Part shown: positions 26,401-32,599 of the stretch, piece by piece
How positions within the stretch are numbered: the stretch's first letter is position 1
Layout of the letters: the number at the start of each line of letters is the position of its first letter
Assembly: GCA_903918705.1 (NCBI GenBank)
Contig: CAIXFP010000343.1
Span: 1 to 32,599 of the forward strand
Reading direction: 5' to 3'
Source: an uncultured Pseudomonadota bacterium
GTDB lineage: Bacteria; Pseudomonadota; Gammaproteobacteria; Burkholderiales; Thiobacillaceae
Length of the DNA stretch: 32,599 nt
Notes under the pieces: generated by a model
The model's input: only the letters and a program-made list of their open reading frames with translations
Databases searched by the model: none
What the model was told of the DNA's origin: nothing
Translations under genes and position numbers: made by a program

Positions 26401-26675
26401 GATCGGAGTGCCCCGGGCGGTTGGACCCGGACGCCCGGGAGCCATTCCCGGGACAGCGCTGAACAGGTTTGGGCGGCGGTTCCACTCGACCTTGGTTGCC
26501 TACGCCCGCATGCAGGTTACAGGTGATTGGCGGCGGGGTTGCGCCGGCGGTCGACAGGTAACCGGTTGCGATAATACTTGAGTAATTATGTCGGACAAGG
26601 TCTATAAGGTTCTGGTGTGATGCGGCAATCTTGCCGGCATCTGTCACGAATCGACCTTTTTCAAAGGCAGGCAAC

Positions 26676-27092
26676 ATGCGCAACCTCCATATCGACTACC
26701 AAGGTGACGCCCTCAATTTCCAGAGCGCCAGTCTCCTCGCCAAAGGCCTGGCCCGGGACAACCAGATGCAGGACCCCACCATCATGGCCTGGCACCAGAG
26801 CGGCGAAGAAGCCGCGACGCCGTTCTACGACGGCGCCGATCCGGATTCCTGGTGGGCCAAGTACGGCGCCGGTAACGGTGGCAAGCTGGAGGTCTGCATT
26901 GGTGACGACTACCAGTTCATCCTGATGGACGCACGCGGCTACGAGACCCTGGGCGAGATGCCTCTGCGCAATCGCTCCGATGGCCACGGCAAGGAATATC
27001 TCTGCTACACGCCGATGCTCGGCAAGGCCACTGACAAGCCCACGGCGGAAGCCTGCATCGAACTGGACGGCTGGGCGGCGGACCAATACTGA
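26676..27092 (+). CDS. Hypothetical protein (138 aa); N-terminal half resembles AF1514-type small proteins (from memory, unverified)
   Basis: ATG at 26676: MRNLHIDYQGDALNFQSASLLAKGLA..DPTIMAWHQ..WWAKYGAGNGGKLEVCIGDDYQFILMD. Divergent from the glucan synthase gene. A hairpin, atcggcgc-N11-gcgccgat, follows the stop. Confidence 0.6.
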   Translation: MRNLHIDYQGDALNFQSASLLAKGLARDNQMQDPTIMAWHQSGEEAATPFYDGADPDSWWAKYGAGNGGKLEVCIGDDYQFILMDARGYETLGEMPLRNRSDGHGKEYLCYTPMLGKATDKPTAEACIELDGWAADQY

Positions 27093-27156
27093 GTGCCGTG
27101 ATCGGCGCGCGCCCAGGCGGCGCCGATATCCTTCAACCTGAATAGAGGAAATCATC

Positions 27157-27288
27157 ATGATCAAAGGGCAACACTCCAATAAGGAAGCGAAAAAACATTC
27201 CCTTCTGACCACCAAGGAAAAGAAGGCGGCCAAGCAGGCCAGGAAACATGCCGGCGACCCGGTCCCCTTGATCGTCAAGGGCTCCTGA
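27157..27288 (+). CDS. 43-aa lysine-rich small protein (paralogue B), absent from the ORF track
   Basis: MIKGQHSNKEAKKHSLLTTKEKKAAKQARKHAGDPVPLIVKGS. GAGGAA lies upstream. Paralogue of 14843-14974. A hairpin, cgggagc-N11-gctcccg (27307-27331), follows. Confidence 0.75.
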   Translation: MIKGQHSNKEAKKHSLLTTKEKKAAKQARKHAGDPVPLIVKGS

Positions 27289-27362
27289 GCAGGGGTTCCG
27301 CGCCGTCGGGAGCAGGTCTGCACCGCTCCCGCCTAATGGTCATGCAGGGTTCGGCCTGCGTC

Positions 27363-27378
27363 TGTGTGCCAGCGTACA
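27363..27378 (+). promoter_or_regulatory. Candidate Crp/Fnr-type operator (box 6)
   Basis: TGTGT-GCCAGC-GTACA-GAC, within the extended imperfect palindrome TCTGTGTGCCAGCGTACAGA. It lies 130-145 nt upstream of the histidine kinase ATG. Confidence 0.45.
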
Positions 27379-27507
27379 GACCAGCGCAGCCCGATCCGCG
27401 ATGCTCAGAACGAGGTTGGCAGCCTGCTTCGGGCGGCCAGATTCGCAGTTCACCGGTTCGGCAAACCGGTCCACCGACTTCGTTCCAGGTTTTCACGGAT
27501 AACACGC

Positions 27508-29211
27508 ATGCCCATCACAGTCCCCTTCCCCGCGCCTGCCGACGTTATCGGCAATGGGGAGAGCGCCTCAGAAGCCCTGCGCCAGGAGGGGTTGCTGAAG
27601 ACCGGAGCCTTGCAGACCGCGATTCTCACCAGCGCCAATTTCTCCATCATCGCCACCGACGAGAAAGGCATCATCCAGTTGTTCAACGTCGGCGCCGAGC
27701 GCCTGCTGGGCTACCAGGCCGCCGAGGTGGTGAACAAGATCAGCCCCAGCGACATGCACGATCCAGTGGAAGTGAGGGCGCGCGCCCAGGCCCTCAGCCT
27801 GGAACTCGACACCCCCATCGCGCCGGGCTTCGAGGCCCTGGCCTTCAAGGCTTCGCGTGGAATCGAGGATGTTTATCAACTCACCAAGATTCGCAAGGAT
27901 GGCAGCCGCTTCCCAGCCATCGTGTCGATCACGGCATTGCGCGACGACTACGGCGAAATCATCGGCTATCTGCTGATCGGCACCGACAACTCGGTGCGCA
28001 AGCAGGTCGAGGAAAAACTGAACGAGGCCCTGGCTGCGGCGGAGAAGGCCAACCGGGCGAAGACCGATTTCCTCTCCGGCATGAGCCACGAATTGCGCAC
28101 CCCGCTCAATGCCATCCTGGGCTTCGCCCAGCTCATGGAATCCGGAACGCCGCATCCCACGCCGCCGCAGCAGCGCAACCTGGACCAGATCCTCAAGGCG
28201 GGCTGGTATCTGCTGGAACTGATCAACGAAATCCTCGACCTGGCGCTGATCGAGTCGGGCAAGGTGACCTTGTCCCAGGAAGCGGTCTCCCTGGCAGAGG
28301 TCATGCTCGAGTGCCGCGCCATGATCGAGCCCCAGGCCCAGCAGCGCGGCATCGGCATGACCTTCCCGCACTTCGAGACCCCCTATTTCGTGAAGGCCGA
28401 CCGCACCCGAGTCAAACAGGTGCTGATCAACCTGCTGTTCAACGCCATCAAGTACAACCGGCCGGGCGGCACGGTGGCGGTGGAGTACAGCATCAGCCCG
28501 CCGAGTTCACTGCGCATCAGCGTGCGCGACACCGGGGCTGGCATCCCGCCGGAACTGATCGCGCAGTTGTTCCAGCCGTTCAATCGTCTTGGCCGCGAGG
28601 CCGGCAAGGAAGAGGGGACCGGCATCGGCCTGGTGGTGACCAAGCGGCTGGTGGAGTTGATGGGGGGCGTCATCGGCGTGGATAGCGCCGTCGGCGTGGG
28701 CAGCGTGTTCTGGTTCGAACTGGGCCTGACCAGCGCGCACCACCTCGCGGTCCACGAAGCCGGGCAGGCGGCGCTGGTCCACGCGCCATTGCCGGAGGGC
28801 ACGCCGCTGCGCACCCTGCTCTATGTCGAGGACAACCCGGCCAACCTGGAACTGGTGGAGCAGATCATCGCCCGCCGTCCCGATCTGCGCCTGCTCTCCG
28901 CCGCGGACGGCACGCTCGGCATCGAGTACGCCCGCGCCTACCTGCCCGAGGTGATCCTGATGGACATCAACCTGCCCGGCATCAGCGGGGTGGAAGCCAT
29001 GAAAATCCTGCGCGCCGACCCCCTGACCGCGCATATCCCCATCATCGCGCTCAGCGCCAACGCCCTGGCCCGGGACATCGAGAAGGCCCTGGCGGCCGGC
29101 TTTTTCAACTACCTGACCAAGCCGATCAAGGTCAACGCCTTCATGGAGGCGCTGGACGTGGCGATGCAGTTCGCCAAGGCCGCCCGCACGGCCGCCAAGG
29201 AGACGTCATGA
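27508..29211 (+). CDS. Soluble hybrid sensor histidine kinase (PAS - HisKA - HATPase_c - REC)
   Basis: 567 aa from the ATG at 27508; no TM segment. PAS (IIATDEKGIIQLFNVGAERLLGY). H-box SHELRTPLNAILGF. N-box LINLLFNAIKYN. G-boxes VRDTGAGIP and GTGIGLVV. Receiver (LLYVEDNP..ILMDINLPGISG..LTKP). Confidence 0.9.
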   Translation: MPITVPFPAPADVIGNGESASEALRQEGLLKTGALQTAILTSANFSIIATDEKGIIQLFNVGAERLLGYQAAEVVNKISPSDMHDPVEVRARAQALSLELDTPIAPGFEALAFKASRGIEDVYQLTKIRKDGSRFPAIVSITALRDDYGEIIGYLLIGTDNSVRKQVEEKLNEALAAAEKANRAKTDFLSGMSHELRTPLNAILGFAQLMESGTPHPTPPQQRNLDQILKAGWYLLELINEILDLALIESGKVTLSQEAVSLAEVMLECRAMIEPQAQQRGIGMTFPHFETPYFVKADRTRVKQVLINLLFNAIKYNRPGGTVAVEYSISPPSSLRISVRDTGAGIPPELIAQLFQPFNRLGREAGKEEGTGIGLVVTKRLVELMGGVIGVDSAVGVGSVFWFELGLTSAHHLAVHEAGQAALVHAPLPEGTPLRTLLYVEDNPANLELVEQIIARRPDLRLLSAADGTLGIEYARAYLPEVILMDINLPGISGVEAMKILRADPLTAHIPIIALSANALARDIEKALAAGFFNYLTKPIKVNAFMEALDVAMQFAKAARTAAKETS

Positions 29212-30032
29212 AATTGCGCGAAGCGGAAATCCTCGGTGCCAGCATCCTGATCGTCGACGATCAGGAGTCCAACGTCATGCTGCTGGAGCAAGTCCTGCGC
29301 GACGCAGGCTATACCCATTTCGCCTCGACCATGAACCCGCGCGAGGTGTTCGCGCTGCACCGGAAGAACCAATACGACCTGATCCTGCTCGACCTGCAGA
29401 TGCCCGGGCTGGATGGCTTCCAGGTCATGGAAGGGCTCAAGACCAACGACGCCGACAGCTACCTGCCGGTCTTGGTGATCACCGCCCAACCCGGCCACAA
29501 GCTGCGCGCCCTGCAAGCCGGGGCGAAGGATTTCATCAGCAAGCCGTTCGACCTCGTGGAAGCCCGGACCCGCATCCACAACATGCTGGAAGTGCGCCTG
29601 CTGTACAAGAAACTCGAGCAGTACAACCAGGAACTGGAACAGGCGGTGAAGGAACGCACCGCCGAACTGCGGGAAAGCGAGGCGCGCTATCGCAGCCTCA
29701 CCGAACTGGCTTCCGACTGGTACTGGGAGCAGGACGAGAACATGAACTTCACCAAGGTGTCCGGCCCGGTCCTGGAGATGCTGGGAATCCAGGTCGAACC
29801 CCTGGCGGGGACTGCCGGCGCGGTCCAGGCCGCCGGCTGGGATGAGGCGGAGCGGGCGGTGCTCCAGGCCACCATCGCGGCGCGCCAGCCGTTCCTGGAT
29901 TTCCTGTTCAGCCGCGTCAATGCCGATGGTTCGCAACAACAGTACCGGGTGAGCGGCGAGCCGATGTTCACCCAGTCCTGTCGCTTCATCGGCTATCGCG
30001 GGATAGGCGTGGAAATCACCAGCCCGAAATAG
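29208..30032 (+). CDS. Response regulator: REC - coiled coil - PAS (no DNA-binding or enzymatic output)
   Basis: 274 aa. ATGA overlap with the kinase stop and AAGGAG upstream. ILIVDDQ, LILLDLQMPGLDG, VLVITAQ, FISKPF. C-terminal PAS-like RYRSLTELASDWYWEQDENMNFT... Confidence 0.88.
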   Translation: MKLREAEILGASILIVDDQESNVMLLEQVLRDAGYTHFASTMNPREVFALHRKNQYDLILLDLQMPGLDGFQVMEGLKTNDADSYLPVLVITAQPGHKLRALQAGAKDFISKPFDLVEARTRIHNMLEVRLLYKKLEQYNQELEQAVKERTAELRESEARYRSLTELASDWYWEQDENMNFTKVSGPVLEMLGIQVEPLAGTAGAVQAAGWDEAERAVLQATIAARQPFLDFLFSRVNADGSQQQYRVSGEPMFTQSCRFIGYRGIGVEITSPK

Positions 30033-30042
30033 AGGCCAGGCG

Positions 30043-30774
30043 ATGCCCACCCCGTCCAGTCCGAGCCAGAACCATCTGCTCGCCGCCCTGCCCACGGCGG
30101 ATTTCGAACCCCTCGCCGCGCATCTGGAGCGGGTCCATTTGCCCCTCGGCGAAATGCTCTACGAGCCCGGCGGCCAGATGCGCCACGCCTACTTCCCCAC
30201 CACCGCCATCGTCTCGCTGCACTACGTCATGGCGGACGGCGCCTCGGCGGAATCGGCCGGGGTGGGCAACGAGGGCGTGGTCGGCATTTCCCTGTTCATG
30301 GGCGGGGATACCACTTCCAGCTCGGCGGTGGTGCAGACCGCGGGCGATGCCTACCGCCTGGAGCGCGGCAGGCTGCTGCAGGAATTTCAGCGCGGCGGCC
30401 TGATGCAGCGTTTGCTGCTGCGCTACACCCAGGCACTGATGACCCAGATGTCCCATACCGCGACCTGCAACCGGCATCATTCGGTGGAACAGCAACTATG
30501 CCGCTGGCTGTTGCTCACGCTGGACCGCATGGCGTCGAACGAACTGGTCATGACCCAGGAACTGATCGCCAGCATGCTCGGGGTGCGCCGCGAAGGCATC
30601 ACCGAAGCCGCCGGAAGACTGCAGCGCGCCGGGTTCATCAGTTACCGCCGCGGCCACATCGCCGTGCTCGACCGGGCCGGCCTGGAAACCCGGGTGTGTG
30701 AGTGCTACGAGGTGGTGAAAAAGGAACTGAGCCGCCTGCTGTCCGACGTGCGCTATCGACAGGACACGGCGTAA
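30043..30774 (+). CDS. Crp/Fnr-family transcriptional regulator (paralogue 3)
   Basis: 243 aa, starting 10 nt after the response-regulator stop. Very similar to paralogue 1 along its whole length (for example LLLRYTQALMTQMSHTATCNRHHSVEQQLCRWLLLTLDR; HTH MTQELIASMLGVRREGITEAAGRLQRAGFI). Confidence 0.9.
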   Translation: MPTPSSPSQNHLLAALPTADFEPLAAHLERVHLPLGEMLYEPGGQMRHAYFPTTAIVSLHYVMADGASAESAGVGNEGVVGISLFMGGDTTSSSAVVQTAGDAYRLERGRLLQEFQRGGLMQRLLLRYTQALMTQMSHTATCNRHHSVEQQLCRWLLLTLDRMASNELVMTQELIASMLGVRREGITEAAGRLQRAGFISYRRGHIAVLDRAGLETRVCECYEVVKKELSRLLSDVRYRQDTA

Positions 30775-31388
30775 CTTCATGCCATGGGCGCTATTCGCCA
30801 CGACAACAGCAAGGGCAGTACCACAACGTAACCTCTATGGTAGGCAGACGCTCCGCCAACCCTGCCGCTCACACGGCTGGCCGCTTCCGGAGGTACATCT
30901 GCCCTCCAGAATCACATCCTTCAGCCTCCGCCAAGGGCCGCTTGTGGCCGGGACGAGGCGGCGTAGATGTCAAATTGCTCGCCGAAAACCGGCCACTCAG
31001 CGTGATCGCAGGACGTGAAATTGGAGGGCGACCTCGACCGACCGCTCCTGGCCGACAACGGCCCGACAATGGTGCCGCCTCAAAGCCGACGTTCACGGTA
31101 CTTGGAAGCCCTGCACCGACTTGGTTGCTGTGGCCGATCAAGAGCCCGGTCGTCTCACTGATGTGGCAGAACTCCTTCTCAGGGTCGCCATGATGCCCCC
31201 TTGAAGATGGCAGGAACAGCAAGGTGAGCAAAACCTGCATAGTTGAGACATCTCCCCGCCAGTTCATCGAATGCAGCCTACAGCGGCATTCAAACGGTTG
31301 GTGTACAAGTACCTCCGTTTCGTGAGCTGCCCCCAATCAGGCCCACAACCATCCCTCAGGCAATAAACAGCACGCAACAGCAAACGGC

Positions 31389-31580
31389 GCAAAGGGGCGA
31401 CCGTCGGCGGTCGCGTCCAAGGGGAAGGGGCTTATCTGAAAGGGCACGTCCCCCGCTAAAAATCCGCGGGGGACGTTACCGAAAGGGCTTAATGGGAAAC
31501 GGAAAAAAGCCTTAAGGGGCAAAGGCTTAGGCAAACGGCAAGGGAAATGGCGACACGCAAAAAGGCCTGCGGCCGCGTGA
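31389..31580 (+). ncRNA. Purine-rich, AAGG-repeat structured non-coding region (candidate sRNA or cis element; speculative)
   Basis: Nine AAGG cores at 31392, 31419, 31425, 31440, 31483, 31514, 31522, 31540 and 31562. Perfect 11-bp hairpin acgtcccccgc-N9-gcgggggacgt (31446-31476), flanked by GAAAGGGC on both sides. Stem gcgacc/ggtcgc (31397-31414). Stem ggctt/aagcc encloses the loop aatgggaaacggaaaa. No convincing ORF on either strand. Confidence 0.25.
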
Positions 31581-31705
31581 GCATATCGTTTGCGGCGCGG
31601 ACTCGCCACAAAGAATAGGGTGTAATCGAATCCGGTATTTATTGTGGCGGGCGCCTATGCGCTTGGTCAGTCTCCGGCACGAATTCCTGTGTCTGGAGCA
31701 AGAAC

Positions 31706-32044
31706 GTGTACCTGTCTCGTCTCACCGGCCCTAACGCCGTGCTGCCTCTCATCGATACCATCGTCGCGAGGAAACATCCGCGATCGGTCTTCGTCGTGGG
31801 GGACGAAATCCGAACCTATCGATCCGGCAGTCCGAGCGAAGCCCGTTGCCAGCGGATCGAAGGCGCGATCCTGGTTGGCACCTACGATGCCGGCGCGGAC
31901 GCCACACGGCTCTATGAAGACATCCGTGCTTCTTTGCCTCAGCACGCAACGGCAAACCTCCTGACGCTGGAGCAGGTACTGAGCAGCAATGCCCGCATGG
32001 GGAGTGCGCGCCTGGTGAGCGATTTGCGGTCTGCGGAGGTGTAA
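31706..32044 (+). CDS. Hypothetical protein (112 aa)
   Basis: GTG start with GGAG 8 nt upstream. Its stop overlaps the next ATG (TAATG). No family recognised. Confidence 0.55.
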   Translation: MYLSRLTGPNAVLPLIDTIVARKHPRSVFVVGDEIRTYRSGSPSEARCQRIEGAILVGTYDAGADATRLYEDIRASLPQHATANLLTLEQVLSSNARMGSARLVSDLRSAEV

Positions 32045-32454
32045 TGCAGGCCGTCGCACAACTCATGGACCGCGTGTCCGAGAGCCTGGTGGAGCTCAAG
32101 GCCGCGCGCTGGGTGCCCGTCCTGCATCGCTGGCTGTCGCAGTATCGCGGGCTTTATGACGTGATCGCGGGCGACTCGGAATCGCCCGAGAGCCAGATAT
32201 GCACCTTGCTGGAGCAACGTGTCGACCTGATCGACGACGCCGAGCTGGCGGCAAGCCTGGCACGCCTGGACTTCCTGACCTGGCGCGCCAGGAAGGGCAA
32301 CCAGCCCTGGCACCCACTGGAAATGCCCTTTCAGCAATTCTGGACTGAGGATGTCACGGTCTGGCAGTCCGACCGCGAATACCCGGAACCGGCTGAGACA
32401 GCACGCTGGCTACTCGCCTGCCTCAGGGACATCGCCCCATGCCCTACCCCGTAG
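32044..32454 (+). CDS. Hypothetical protein (136 aa)
   Basis: Translationally coupled to both neighbours. Acidic and helical-looking. No family recognised. Confidence 0.55.
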   Translation: MQAVAQLMDRVSESLVELKAARWVPVLHRWLSQYRGLYDVIAGDSESPESQICTLLEQRVDLIDDAELAASLARLDFLTWRARKGNQPWHPLEMPFQQFWTEDVTVWQSDREYPEPAETARWLLACLRDIAPCPTP

Positions 32455-32599
32455 AAAACCTGCTGCGCCGGCCCTACGAGCTTTACTCCGGCATGGCGCT
32501 GGCCACACTGGCGGCGTCCACGGTCGTCCTCTCCTACGCCCGCATCCCGTTCGGCCCCGTGCCGGACCAGGCGCTGCCGGTGGCAGGCATCATGGGCGC
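32439..32599 (+). CDS. 3'-truncated membrane protein; N-terminus reminiscent of ICE-type TraD coupling proteins (low confidence)
   Basis: The ATG at 32439 overlaps the previous gene by 16 nt. MPYPVENLLRRPYELYSGMALATLAASTVVLSYARIPFGPV... runs off the window end. The TraD resemblance comes from memory of N-termini such as M..YP.E.LLRP..EL, not from a search. Confidence 0.4.
   Translation, partial: MPYPVENLLRRPYELYSGMALATLAASTVVLSYARIPFGPVPDQALPVAGIMG

Noticed and set aside
30869-31336. 155-aa minus-strand ORF containing ..TGLLIGHSNQ.., which faintly recalls the LLGHS box of tyrosine recombinases
   Set aside because: There is no upstream HxxR box at the right spacing and no downstream catalytic Tyr context. 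Neighbouring frames are broken. At most it is a decayed remnant and cannot be called from sequence alone.
31620-31640. tcgaatcc string resembling a tRNA T-loop
   Set aside because: No complementary T-stem, acceptor stem or anticodon arm can be drawn around it on either strand.
1-32599. Search for CRISPR arrays, rRNA/tRNA/tmRNA genes, integrase or transposase genes, and known riboswitch cores (for example a Mn riboswitch ahead of the VIT gene)
   Set aside because: No regularly spaced direct repeats, no RNA-gene signatures and no recombinase motifs were seen. The VIT gene has only an 11-nt upstream gap, too short for a riboswitch.

Overview
This is a 32.6-kb, high-GC proteobacterial chromosomal segment, roughly mid-60s % GC by eye. 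PEP-CTERM sorting signals and REP-type hairpins suggest a beta- or gammaproteobacterium. No rRNA genes, tRNA genes or CRISPR arrays were found.

Most of the content is envelope and stationary-phase stress genes:
- Left arm, minus strand: a tightly packed run of small lipoprotein, VIT-family transporter, cbpA, cbpM, hemolysin-III/PAQR protein and transglutaminase-like protein. It is preceded by a glycine-zipper lipoprotein and a porin-like OmpA protein with two OmpA_C domains.
- Middle: a collagen-repeat lipoprotein, DUF1003 and lmo0937-type membrane proteins, a DUF3494 ice-binding-like PEP-CTERM protein, and a translationally coupled yqjD/yqjE/yqjK-transaldolase operon.
- About 14.98-17.4 kb: a clearly lower-GC patch carrying a second PEP-CTERM protein and a VapBC-type toxin-antitoxin pair.
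- After that: a 2879-aa cyclic beta-1,2-glucan synthase, then a PAS hybrid histidine kinase, a REC-PAS response regulator and a Crp/Fnr regulator in one operon.
- Right edge: a gene-poor, degenerate, purine-rich structured region, then three coupled ORFs that may begin a conjugative/ICE-like module.

The points most worth follow-up:
1. Three paralogous Crp/Fnr regulators occur together with a recurrent, gene-oriented 16-bp TGTNN-GCCAGC-NNACA box in at least six promoter regions. This suggests a local regulon.
2. Two paralogous 43-aa lysine-rich genes are missing from the ORF track. Their differences are mostly synonymous, and they bracket the 12-kb block that contains the glucan synthase.
3. 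A 169-bp element with perfect 19-bp terminal inverted repeats lies in the glucan synthase promoter region.
4. An AAGG-rich structured non-coding stretch lies at 31.39-31.58 kb.

Many long ORFs in the track are antisense or off-frame artefacts of the high GC content.
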